Part shown: positions 12,889 to 25,199 of the stretch, one piece after another
How the letters are laid out: the number at the start of each line of letters is the position of its first letter
How positions within the stretch are numbered: the stretch's first letter is position 1
Source: Takakia lepidozioides
Taxonomy: Eukaryota; Plantae; Bryophyta
Direction of reading: 5' to 3'
DNA: 64,000 nt
NCBI GenBank assembly: GCA_030704615.1
Contig: CM060731.1
Location: 92,814,001 to 92,878,000, forward strand
Translations under genes and position numbers: made by a program
Notes under the pieces: model-generated
Seen by the model: the letters and a program-made list of their open reading frames with translations, nothing else
Database searches by the model: none
Told to the model about the DNA's origin: nothing

Positions 12889-14690
12889 ATGAGTGATGAA
12901 AGGGAAGCTAGACTTCACAGATATTCAGCAAAGAGAGAAAGTTGTTTGAAAGTTAATTATCCATATCTCTGGGAGAGAGGAATAGACATAGGGGAATCAT
13001 TTGGACCTCTCACACCATCGAGGCCGGAGAGTACATCACCCATACCGGAAGAACCAGAAGTGCCACTCCTTCTTATTCTTTACAAGAAAGATTAAGGGAT
13101 TTGGTACAGGAAGAAGATCAGCCACGAGGGGAAAGATCTGAGGTACATCCCTGGGTTAAAGATTTGACAGAAATCTTTGATCAGAGTTGGCATGGAACAC
13201 CAAGAGCAGGAACTCCAGATTCTGAAACACAAGACAAAGAAGGAGAGGAAGATGTAGTAGAGCCAACGGAGAGTTCAGACTCTCCAACACCAGTACAGTT
13301 GAGTTATATGAGTGAGGAAGAAGAAATCCAAGAGAAGAACTTGGAAGATGAAAACAGAGAGAAGAACTTGGAAGATGAAGAGTATGAAGAAGTAGGCCCA
13401 ACAGTTAAGGTTGAGACTACAACCAGGACATCCCAACCTGTTGGACCTGGATCAAGTGGAGCACTTGGATCACAGGCCAACAAAGGTGTCGGCTCAGGGG
13501 GATCAGGCGGGCAGCTTGGATCTGGCATCTGGGGGGACAAGGAGTGTGGGAAGTAGTGCAACTGGAGCTGAGGGTACTGCAAGTACAGGGGGGCCAGTAG
13601 CAAGGAGTGCTCAGGGGCCAACACCAGGTGGGAGTTCCACCACTACAACAGCAGGTCCTCAAGGACCAGCACCAACAGGAGGACCAGCACCTGTCAAAGG
13701 GGCAGGGTGTAGGGCCACAGATGGTGGTACCTCCAACACGGGTTTCCTAATAATCATTTCATAACCTGGAATGGCCTTAGTACAGCAATTCGAAATAGGT
13801 TCAGGACAAGAAAAATTGAGGATGAAGTGTATGGGAGTTTACAACAGTTGAGGCAAAGGAAGCATGAAACTGTTGAAGAATATATGGAAAAGATGGAGTT
13901 AATGATGAAAACGCTGGCTGCTATACCAGCACCAGGATTACAGAAGACTTGGTTTGTGAGTGGATTAAGACCCGAATTACAAAAGAAAATGGATATGCTA
14001 CCCCATAATACAGTGGAGGAGGCATTCGAAACAGCCAACAAAATTGAACAAATGGGAATGCTCAGGAGAGATAAGAGGGATGATGATGACTCTGAAGATG
14101 AGTCAGATGAGGAAGAAGAGCAAGAGCTCAAAAGGAAGAGCAAGAAGAAGGAAAAGTTGAAGAGGGTCAACTATGAAAAAAGATTGGAAGAAATATTGAA
14201 AAAGTACGCCACAGAGGCTGCAACACATTTGGAGGAAGGGTGTTTGCTGTGCAAAGTGCCAAAATGAAGGCCATACCACAGCTGAATGCCACATGAAGGA
14301 GAAACACTGTACTATCTATAAAATGGATAACCATTCTACTGAGAATTGTTATTACAATAGAAGGACAGCTGTAAAAGAACCTAGGCAAGTGAGGGTGCAT
14401 CAAGTGCAACCCCAGCCAAGAAGAAACAATGACTAGGACCACTATGGTAGCCTTGGTGGATATAACAATGGTATGGCAGGAAGAGGTAATTCAAGAGGGA
14501 ATTACCCAGGCAATCCCAGAGGCAACTATCAGGGTAATCCAAGGAGGAATTATCAGCCAGGGAATCAGGATTATAGAAATAATCCCAGAATAGACCAAGG
14601 GCGAGGACCCAATGGTGAAGAACTGTGTTACTATTGTAACCAGGCAGGACATCGCAAAGCAGCCTGTCCATTCTGGATCAGACACTAGAA
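12889..14690 (+). pseudogene. gag: gag region (acidic/Gly-rich N-terminus, retrotransposon gag core, zinc knuckles), disrupted
   Basis: QLRQRKHETVEEYM...FVSGLRPEL gag core and CYYCNQAGHRKAAC knuckle near 14625, plus further knuckle remnants near 14250-14350. Frameshifts and stops are present. Confidence 0.85.
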
Positions 14691-14694
14691 TGAG

Positions 14695-17501
14695 ATGAGA
14701 GCTCCTGTGAATGAAGGCCCAGTAGTGGCAGCTCACATGGTTATGCCATGTTTTGTACCAGAAGTCAGTACAATGATAGTTACCAGAAGCGAAGCTAAGC
14801 TAATACCTCCAGTGGATGAGGAGGAAGATGTAAATGAAGATGGCAGTGATGTGCCTGAAGATGATGAGGCAGGGAGAGATGAGAAGGAACTACACAAGGA
14901 AGTGGCTGATACCATAAGGGAAATGCAGAAGGATACTGATATCCCTATGGCAGATTCTTCTGACTCTGAAAGAGAAGATGAAGAAGGTGAAGATGAAGTG
15001 AAGCAAGAGGCTTCACAGGTGCAGGATAATGAAGGGGCTTTGGCTGAAGTAAAATGCCAGTCCAAAGCTGAGATTACAATTGGGCAGCTATTGGCTATGG
15101 CGCCGCATTGTAGACACAGGCTGTATCAAGCAATCAATCAGATTGCTCATGTGACAGAGAACACAGACCTGAACAGCAAGGTGACAAGTTATAATGTGAA
15201 GCGTGAAGGGCAAGAAACTGTCATGGACTATGATGATTCCATGTCAGTAATCCAATTGAGAATTGGAAGCACAGACCTGACTGATGTACTGATAGATGGA
15301 GGCTCGGGAGTGAATATCATGACAGACCAATTAAGGCAGAAGCTTGGACTGAATAACATGAAACCAGCCCCATTCACAGTAACAATGGCAGATCAAAGGA
15401 GTGTACAACCATTAGGCTTGATAAGAGGAGTAAAGATACAGATTCAGAAGATGATCTTTAAGATCACAGTGACTGTGTTGAAAATGGATGATGACATGGA
15501 AGCTTACTCCTTATTGTTGGGTCAACCATGGCTGAAACAGGCCAGGGTATTCCATGATTGGAATTCCCAGTTACTGACTATGCATGATGGGAAGCACAAG
15601 ATACAGATCACCACTAAGAAATCTGGTAGGGTACTTGCTACACGGAGACCTCGTGGAGTCAGAGAGTATGACTGGAGGGGAGGGCTTGATGAGGAGCAGG
15701 AAGCTACTCTGTTTGCTGCACACCCAGAGTGGGAGTAGGTTGCAGAAATGCAACTGGGAGGCCTGAGTTGCTTTAAAGGTATATGTTGTGGTGCAATAAT
15801 AGCAACACCAATTGAGGAGGAAACAAACAGTTACCCACCACATTTCTATGAAGAAAGAGAGAGAGAAATAGAAATCCTAGAGGAATCAGCCGCTGTGAGT
15901 TTACAGGATGAAGTAGTGGCTGGATGGACAATCACAGCTGAAGAGCAAGTGAGAGAAGTGAATGTGGGAACTGAGGATGAACCAAGAATGGTGAAAGTTG
16001 GGGCTGACTTGGAGCCATAATTCTTTGAGGAAGCTAAGAGCCTGTTTATCAAATACAAAGATGTATTTGCTTGGAGCTATGAAGATCTGAAAGGTATACC
16101 ACCTGAGATCTGTCAGCATAAGATTGAACTGGAACCTGGGTCAGTACCAATCAAACAGGCAAGGTACAGGATGAATCCCAACTATGCCCAGAGGAACTCA
16201 CGTTGTCAGTAACAACTACACATGTGCTGATTAACCCTCATTGGCATATGGTATTTCATGTACACTGTGATGCCTCATGAGAAGTATTGGGGGCTGTGTT
16301 AGCCCAAAATGTCACAGGAAACATAGATTCACTTGTGTACTATGCTAGCAGATTGTTGAACAGTGCTGAGAGGAACTATAGCACTACTGAAAGAGAAGCT
16401 TTGGCAATGATTTATGCAGTCAAGAAATATAGGCATTATCTACTTGGAAAGAAGTTTATGTTTTATGTGGATCATCAGGCTTTGATTTATCTGGTGAACA
16501 AGTCTTTGATAAGTGGCAGGATAGCAAGATGGTTGATTATCTTGCATGAGTTTGAATTCGAAGTTGTTTACAAGCCTGGACTTTGCATCTTGTGGCAGAT
16601 CACTTGTCACGCCTTTCAACAAGAGAACCTGCCACAGGAGTAGACGATCAACTGCCTGATGCGAGTTTATTTGCAGTGGAAGTGCAGGGAGCAGATGATT
16701 GGTTAGATTGGCAGTGGCCAATCAGATACTACCTTACTCATGGTCAGTGCCCACCCAGTTATGGGAAGGAGCAGAGGAAAAGAATAGTTATCAAGGCATT
16801 ACCATACACTATGATAGGTGAAAGATTGTATAAGCTAGGACCTGATGGTGTTCTTAAATGATGCTTGTACCACCATGAGGTAAATAAAGTTTTGGAAGAA
16901 GTTCATAAGGGAGTGGCTGGAGGCCATTTTGGAGAAGAGACTACCAGTAGGAAAATATTATTTGCAAGTTACTGGTGGCCTACTTTGTTTACACAAGTAT
17001 TGCAAGAGTTGTGATGAGTGTCAGAGGCTAGGACCTTTGCAAAGATCTGGGAAGATGGCTTTGCATCCTACGATGCCTACTGAACCATTCCAGAAATGGG
17101 GATTAGACTTTGTTGGACCAATTAATCCACCAGCCAGGAATACACAGAACAAATATATAATCACAGCCACTGATTATACCACAAAATGGGTGGAGGCTAA
17201 GGCTCTGAGGGACAACACAGCTAAGTCCATAGCAAGGTTCCTATATGAGAACATTCTCACAAGATTTGGCTGTCACCTGGAATTTATCAGTGACCAGGGA
17301 AGTCATTTCATTAATGAGACCATTGAACTATTGACTAAGGAAATCATGATCGTGCACAGGAAGAGTACAACCTATTACCCACAGAGCAATGGGTAGGCAA
17401 AGGCCACCAACAAAATACTATGCACTATCTTGAGTAAGATAGTCAATGCAAACAGGACAGACTGGGATACAAAGCTGTTGACAGCTTTGTGGTCATATGG
17501 G
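14695..17501 (+). pseudogene. pol: pol: aspartic protease, RT start (core deleted at about 16193), RNase H, integrase N-part
   Basis: VLIDGGSGVNIM; HCDAS...NYSTTEREALAMIYAVKKYRHYLLG; H..GGHFG...C..CQ; WGLDFVGP; SDQGSHF; YYPQSNG. Confidence 0.92.
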
Positions 17502-17711
17502 GGGGGCTGCTATTTCATGAGCGGCATGAGCATGAGTGGAAAAAAAAAAGGCATGAGCGGGCCGAATTGTGTCCACGGAAATAGGGTTAGGAGGCACGGA
17601 AATAGGGTCATGTGGACTCGTCATAGCAATGAAATGCAACATTTTATTGCAAATTTGGTGGCAAGCCACGTCTATACAAGTGTGTCCTAACTGTCATAGC
17701 AGGAATGGGAA

Positions 17712-20700
17712 CTACTCTCCTACACCTTCCGAGGAACTTGGCCCTCCTTCTTCCTCATCCCCCTCACCCCCCCCATCCTCCGAGCTCTGTGATGCATCGG
17801 TTGCAGTATGCCTCTCAAAAATGCCGTCCTCTCCTTGGGGGACTGTCCACCTCACCTCCTGGGAATCTTCTGCCTCTTCTCCCCCACTTTCCTCAGCAGA
17901 ATCCAACACAAATCTACGAGCCCGACGGGCTCTAATAGCTGTTGCCTCCTCCCTCATCTTCATTTTCTTGAGGCTTGCCTCGTCTAAAATATGTTGTACA
18001 CGATTAGGTTTGGAACACCTCCTAATGGACACCGAAGCAAGCCGGGCAGCATAAGTAGGAAGGATGTAGTCCTTTTCTAGACTAGGCATGAAATCCCCCC
18101 TGGCAAAAAAAGGCACGTTCCTCTTGCCCATGAACTCCGGTGTAGACGTCCCTCCTGCCGTACTTGGCATCCTACAGTAAGAACAAATCTACTTCAAGAA
18201 TGTCAATACCAGCACCAGCAGAAGCAGAAAGGGTTTTCAATGAAATAAGAGAGCGAAGGGAGGTGCCTCACGAAATCTGGAGGCAACTTACAATGCGACC
18301 ACTCACTCGTACACCGGGGGCTCCTCGGCCTCGATCCCAACTTGTTCCTCCCCCTGCTCCTTCTCGGATTTTTCCTCATCCTCTGAGGATGCCTCTTCCT
18401 CTTTCGGCAGACGTTCAGCCGCTGCAAGTTCCAAGTTGTGGAGGGCAGTATCTGGCTCGAAGGCGAACACATGCCTGTCGGACAACGTCCCTGCCCACAT
18501 TGAAGCACCTGAGGAACAAAGCGGGCGGTTAATAACTTGCGGCATGCAATTGCAATCGGGCCAGGGGACAAACTGAGCACGTGAAGGCTTACCCGTGCCG
18601 CATGTGAGGTCCAGAATCCGCCCTTGGACATCCGAGCACGTCTCCATGAGGGTTTGGATGAAAGCAGGGCTCCGGGTCCGGCTGTACCGCCACGGTTTGC
18701 CTGTCTTTGTGTCCTTCGGCATACTAGAGTGGGGCACATAGTTGTAGAGGACATCGTAGGTAACGGGGTCCACAGCGGCATCAACAAGACGACCGTCGTT
18801 GCGGAATTTGAACATAGACCCTCTCTTCACAAAACAATATGCCTCAAACACCAATGTCTGCACATCCAACAAAATAGGGATCAACTCCGGGATCTTGTTT
18901 AGATACACCACAATATGAGGTGAATGCAATAGATTGATAACTTACACTTTGGCCCTCTTTTCGCAACCCCTGTGTATTGATGCAGAACCATTTTCTGAGG
19001 AGGACCGGGGTGACACTTTTCGGTGTCCACCTTGCCACCGCATTCTCTGTGGTCTTCCCTCTTGTGGCAAGGACAACCACACATCCACCGTCATCCAGAA
19101 GCATCCCCGCCAGCCCAAACCCGGCTTTCCAGTAGTCCTCAGTAAACCTGTTCCAGGTGGGCACACCATCCAGGCCCTCCAGCAGCTCCCCATCTGGAAT
19201 GTCGAGGAGAATCATGTCGCAAGCTCTCTCCACCTCAACCCCCCAACCCCCCCCCCCGAGTGCTCTTGCAATCCGTGCTCACAGCCGTGAAGAATTCCAT
19301 CATGGCTTCAAAACCAGGGGTGTCTTTAGGCTCTGTACCGGCAGCCCTCTTCTTGGCTTTCCCCTTCTGCTCCGCCAGAGACTTGTTGTGTGCCACCTTC
19401 TTCGCCCTGGCAGCGAGAGCGTCAAGGAAGTTCTCATTGACGCATTGGATGATGGTTGGAGGTTCTAGCTTTGGCCTGTGCGTAAACGTCACCGCCGAAT
19501 ACCGCCGTGTAGGCTCGCCCTCAAATGCCAACTTCTTGGCAGAGCCAGTCCCACTCTGAACTGACTTGGGAACCCGGACGACCGGTGACTGGGTAGCAGC
19601 AACAGCAGTCGCAGGACCTTGAACAAAGTCGTCGTCCGAGTCACTCTCTTGGGTCCCCTCCTGCGCCTGCTCTGATGCCCCGATGGTTTTCTGTTTTTTC
19701 GGTGTTACTGCACTCACCTGTTTCCTTGTCCTTTTCCTTTGGCCTTTACTCTTCTCATTCAATTTCTCCTGAATTCCTGCCTGAGCAAGCTCTGCCGCTT
19801 TCCTGGAGTTCGCTAGCGCTTTTGCCTCTTTTGCACCCAGCGGAGGCAGCGGAGCCCGGTTTCGTCGGGCCTCAGCATCCAGCTTTAATTGAAACTCGGA
19901 TGGGTCGAGCATGTCGGGCGGAAGGTCCACATACCAAGGGCAATCACGCAAATGTTCCAGATGCCACTCCTTCACAATATCGTCAGTATACATGGAGTCA
20001 GCCCCAGGGTTCCTCCATGCCAGGAAGAATGGTGGCTCGAAAGACAGATGACCTTTCTCCAAAAGGGAGAACTTGCAGTACCTGCATTCATGAAAAACAC
20101 AATGAGGTCCCTGAACTGCAAATTCAGCACCATTTTCCCAGGTTGGGGCGGATCTGACTGGGCCTAGAAATGGAAAAATGGCGCCGAATTTCGGTTTTCG
20201 GTGACTGCCACCCTAGGGACAACCATCTTGGGAGCCCTGAACTGGAAATTCGGCGCCATTTTTCCCGGTTTGGCCCGAAGAAGTCCTAGAACGGCAATAG
20301 GGCCTAGAACTGGAAAAATGGCGCCGAATTTCCAGTTCAGGGCCAACCATCCTAGGGACTTAGCCATTTATGGAGCCCTGACTGGAAATTCGGGGCCATT
20401 TTCCCAGGTCCGGCCCGAAAATGGCTAAGTCCCACAAGGGCAATATGGCCCAGAACTGGAAAAATGGCTCCGAATTTCCAGTTCAGGGCCAGCCACCCTA
20501 GGGACTTAGCCATTTTTGGAGCCCTGACTGGAAATTCGGCACCATTTTTCCAGGTCCGGCCCAAAAATGGCTGTCCCAGAACGGCAATATGGCCCAGAAC
20601 TGGAAAAATGGCGCCGAATTTCCAGTTCAGTGCCAGCCACCCTAGGGACTTAGCCATTTTCGGAGCCCTGATTGGAAATTCGGCGCCATTTTCCCAGGTC

Positions 20701-23700
20701 CGGCCCGAAAGTGGCTGTCCCATATGGCCTTGACCTGGAAAAATGGCGCCGAATTTCCAGTTCAGGGCCAGCCACCCTAGGGACTTAGCCATTTTCGGAG
20801 CCCTGATCTGGAAATTCGGCGAAAAATGCAAGGACTGAAAGGAAGGCATCGCGTATGTACCTGTACAGAAGGCGCATTGCTGCTTTGTCAGCGTTCGGCT
20901 GGTCGGTGAACTCGTGGCTCCAGCGGGCATGTGGTATCTCCCAAAAGAATAGGTCGGTTTTGTAGAGCAGAAAGTACCTCGTCACATAGTCGCGTAGGCT
21001 CTCTGCTGCAGGAGAAATCTCCATCTTGAACTGATGTGCTTGTGTATCCAGCTGCTCTTGCGCATTCGTCGTCACCTGTGGAGATTCTCCATCAGATCGC
21101 ATTGCTGAAAAAATACAATGAATCCACCCCCTACAAGAGTAGAAGCGCCAAACGAAGCGTGGGGAAGTACCTGAAACCACCATGTCATGCGGTTCATCCA
21201 CATGTCGGATGTGGGGTCAAACAGTTTGTCCGGTTTGGGGAAGCTCCACATGTCCCTTGTACTTTGGGAACCATTCCAGATTTGGAGCCACCGGGTTTGT
21301 CCAACCACCCAGCATATTCGTAAGCGCGAAACACCACAAAAACGAGTTGTTGCCACCACAATTTGGTTAAGAATGCATCACCTTTTCTGCACCATCCACA
21401 CAGGATGTGGCTAGACGATGGAGCTTCTCCAATGTCATCGTGGGCTTCAGAGCACGGGAGTAGTGCTTCCCCACCTCCACCAGAAAGTCGGCACCAAGGG
21501 CGGGATCAGCTATGGCCACGTACTTTACCATCCGCGACTTGTACTTTATGCGGGCCCTCACCTCCGCAGCTTTGAGATACAATTCGAGTGCCGGAAGGGT
21601 TAGATTCTTCTCCTCTGACTCCATGTAGAACCTCCGCGCATGTGCCAAATCCTGCTGAATTTTCGTCTGTCAAGAATGCGCACATAAGATTAGAGATCCT
21701 GCTCAACACTTTTTCTTCTATTGGGGGAGGAGAGACAGATTAGCTCAACAAAACAGTCAGGAGCTTTACCCGAAATATGTAGTCCACCATGGCGTCCATG
21801 CTCAGCCTATACCAGGTTCTGTCTGCCTTTGCCTCCGACTTGCGCAGGAGGTCAGCACTGAGCGAATTGGCAAACTCTTGCACACCCTGCTTCCCGACAT
21901 CCTTCACTCGGAAGAGCATATGGGACAAGTTGGTGGCAATGAAGGCATTCTCAGTCACCCTGCAATGCCACATTTTCATCAAACAATTCTGAAATGAGAA
22001 TTTACATTAAATATGAGGATTCGCATCGGATGGGTCCAAAAGCAAGAGGCGTTGTAACTTACGAGTTGATGTCCGCCATTGCAGCTTTGAGAAGACTGCG
22101 ATCTTTGGGCCCCGCAACCTTCAGCACAACACACTCCACGGCGAAATGCCAATCGAGGTCGTTGGGGTGGGCTTCGGCTATGTGCTCCATCCATGCCAGG
22201 AGGCGATGATTGTCGTCCCACACGTAAAACATCTTTCCGGACAAGTGCTGGAAAAGAGGATCAGTAACAATCGATCTCTCGAACTCCTCATTTCGCCTTT
22301 GCCAATGGGGACCCCATTTGTCCACCTCATCGGAAGTGTGGGCACAGGAAGCTCCGTGGTTGTTCTCAATGGAAACGTAAAACGCGGCAGACCCCATTCG
22401 ATATCCATCCCGGAAAGAGAATTTCAGCTTGTCGATATCGCCTGGGAGGGCAGGTCTCACCACCTGCAAAGACACCAAGCGGCAAAGGGGAATTCGAAGC
22501 TTGGCCAGGTACACCATGCCCCCCAGCACCCTGCCAATATTGCTGTGGGTTGCCTCCAACATCTTGGCAGCGGCCAACTTCATATTCGCCTTGGACATGA
22601 CGTTTGCTGCAGAGGGGTTCTCCGGCAGCCCACCAGGACCGCCAAATCCAGCCTGTATGCTCCGGGTTTGGGGCCTGGGGATGTTCGGGAGGATGTCATC
22701 CTGGTCAGAAAGGTCGGTGTCATCCTCCTCAACATGGTGAACCACCGGCGAAACCACCTCGAGCACTCTCCCTGTCTCTACTGCCATCTCCCCGGCTTCC
22801 CCTCGAACTTGCACAATCCGTGCTCTTTGTGGTGTTCTTTCCTCTCCTCCACTCTCCACTGTATGGGTAATTGCGGGGGCTGCTCTTGTCCGCGATGGTG
22901 TAACCGGTGTGTTACTGCCTCTTTGTGGTGTCTTGGAGGGATCCACCGTCTCTGTGCGTCCCTCGCTTACATTGGCATCTGTCATTTGGGCACCCCTGGC
23001 CTCTTCAGTGGCCTTTTCTCTTTCCTCCTGGCTAGCCTTCTCTCTCGCCTGTTCTTTTGCCCTCTCACGGGCTTTCTGTTTCTTACTAGGGCTAGCAGCA
23101 GGGGAGCCCTCCAGGACAACCACCTTTGATTGAGGAGAAGGAACACCCTCGCGCGCACTGCTCACTCCCCCCTCCGCAGCCCGTGACGGCTCTCTCGCCG
23201 GGGATTGCATGTGCTTAGCTTTCTTCTTCTTCTTTGTGTGGGCGGGCCCTACTGCATGTGCATCAACAACCTCCATTGCCGGATCTGCTATCCTCACGTC
23301 CTCACGCCCTTCACCTGCCATGCCGCCTGCACCAACCTCCCCAATGCCTATTCTGTCGTACCCTCGCTGCAGGTCCTCCCGTCCACCAACAAAAGGTTGA
23401 AGTTTGCCCTCTCGCCCCAAGTTGGGCAATTCAAACATGCGATGAATTGGAGCGGTCGATGATACCACCAGCGTGTCGGGCTCGTCGTCACTTTGTCATT
23501 CCTAAAATCGTCAGAACCAACATCGGTGCCAAAACCAGCATTGCACGAGCAGCGCAACCACCATAGCAACAATTGTGGAACAACAATGAAAACAAAACAA
23601 GTTTAGGAAGTATGGAGTGCCATGGAACAACAATGAAAACAAATCCAACCAATGCCTAAGAATGACATGCTTCCAGTGATGCCACGATGAAGATGCAAAA

Positions 23701-23937
23701 ACAAAGCGAAACAACAAAGCGAAAGCGAAAGCAAACGAAGCGAAAGCAGAAGTGGCTTGCCTGAGAGTACTCGGCTTCAGTTGGCGCGGGTTGTGAGCAA
23801 GACACTGGAATCTCCTGCTGGAGCTTAAGTTTGGCCATCCGAGAGATTGGCCGTCGTCCGTAGTACAAAGCTTTCAACTTCCGCCGCGGTCTGGATGTGA
23901 GGTCTCTCTCAGGAGAGCCACGCCCTTCAGGCGGCAT
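17712..23937 (-). CDS. Multi-exon ParB/Srx-like domain plus beta-class (N4C/N6A-type) DNA methyltransferase-fold fusion protein; this copy carries lesions
   Basis: ParB-like KLRIPLCRL...VRPAL...FYVWD(D/G)NHRLLAW. The motif IV-like DMILLDIPDG (about 19189-19218) precedes the spliced motif I region RILDLTCGTG|ASMWAGTLSDRHVFAFEPD. GT-AG introns keep phase (e.g. AACTC|GTAAGT...TTGCAG|GGTGACT). There is a frameshift in the poly-C at about 19240. Confidence 0.8.
20165..20830. repeat. Intronic tandem array, about 145-bp unit with GGAAAAATGGCGCCGAATTTCC motifs in both orientations
   Basis: The motif recurs near 20313, 20458, 20602 and 20737, between exons of the ParB-MTase gene. Confidence 0.88.
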
Positions 23938-24149
23938 AAGTCCCAGCCAAAATGGAAAAAGATCTCAGTTTTTTGGGGTACATGCCTCGAATAGAAGTTA
24001 ATCCAAGATTAGCATCAGATTTAGGGTACGTATCAAAGAAGCCATGTGTCACCAACCCAAATAAAAACGGACGGCGGTGGACATTTAATGCCCATCCGCC
24101 AGGTACGGCGGCGCGCAAAATTTCCGTCATGCAGGTAATTCGGAGAGCA

Positions 24150-24960
24150 GCAGGATGGAAATTCAGCGCCGAATTTCCATCCTGCCAGGTAGAGCGGCGC
24201 GCGAAATTTCCGCCACGCAGGTAATTCGGAGCCGGATGGATGGAAATCCGGCGCCGGATTTCCATCCTGTCAGATAGGGCGGCGCGCGAAATTTCCGCCA
24301 CGAAGGTAATTCGGAGCGGATGGATGGAAATCCGGCGCCGGATTTCCATCCTGCCGGGTTGGGCGGCGCGCGAAATTTCCGCCACGCAGGTAATTCGGAG
24401 CGGATGGATGGAAATCCGGCGCCGGATTTCCATCCTGCCAGGTGGGGCGGCACGCGAAATTTCCGCCACGCAGGTAATTCGGAGCGGATGGATGGAAATC
24501 CGGCGCCGGATTTCCATCCTGCCGGGTTGGGCGGCGCGCGAAATTTCCGCCACGCAGGTAATTTCGGAGCGGATGGATGGAAATCCGGCACCGGATTTCC
24601 ATCCTGCCAGGTAGGGCGGCGCGTGAAATTTCCGCCACGCAGGTAATTCGGAACGGATGGATGGAAATCCGGCGCCAGATTTCCATCCGCCAGGTTGGTC
24701 GGAGAGCGGATGGATGGAAATCCGGCACCGGATTTCCATCCTGCCAGGTAGGGCGGCGCGCGAAATTTCCGCCACGCAGGTAATTCGGAGCGGATGGATG
24801 GAAATCCGGCGACGGATTTCCATCCGCCAGGTTGGTCGGTGAGCGGATGGATAGAAATCCGGCGCCGAATTTCCATCCGGCAGGTAGGGCGGCGCGCAAA
24901 ATTTGCGTCATGCAGGAAATTCGGAGCGGATCAAGATGGAAATTCGGCGCCGAATTTCCA
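24150..24960. repeat. 84-bp tandem repeat containing the palindrome GGAAATCCGGCGCCGGATTTCC
   Basis: GGATGGAAATCCGGC recurs near 24238, 24322, 24406, 24490 and 24575. The spurious ORFs here repeat a 28-aa unit. Confidence 0.92.
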
Positions 24961-25199
24961 TCCTGCAGGTAATTCGAAGCCCGGATGGATGGAAATCCGG
25001 TGCTGAATTTCCATCCAGCAGGTTACTCGGATCGCTGGCGGATGGAAATTCGGCGCCGAATTTCCATTCGCCAGGTAAGTCGAATCGCCGAATTACCTTC
25101 CTGGAGGTAATTCTGAGCGTGGCCGCTTGTTTTTTTCGTGGCTAAAGTCCACTTTTAGACACGTTTTTCATGGAATCCTTGACTGCTAGAGGGAAATCC

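Noticed and set aside
22146-23129. 327-aa plus-strand ORF and similar antisense ORFs (27055-27855, 51775-52575, 59922-60599)
   Set aside because: Antisense shadows of recognisable coding regions.
17712-23937. Bacterial or phage contamination as the source of the ParB-MTase
   Set aside because: The gene has predicted spliceosomal introns and lies within TIRs and a TSD inside a plant retrotransposon, with several copies.
24150-24960. CRISPR-like appearance of regularly spaced palindromic repeats (also 43900-46900)
   Set aside because: Spacers are themselves repeated rather than unique, no cas genes are present, and the context is a eukaryotic transposon.
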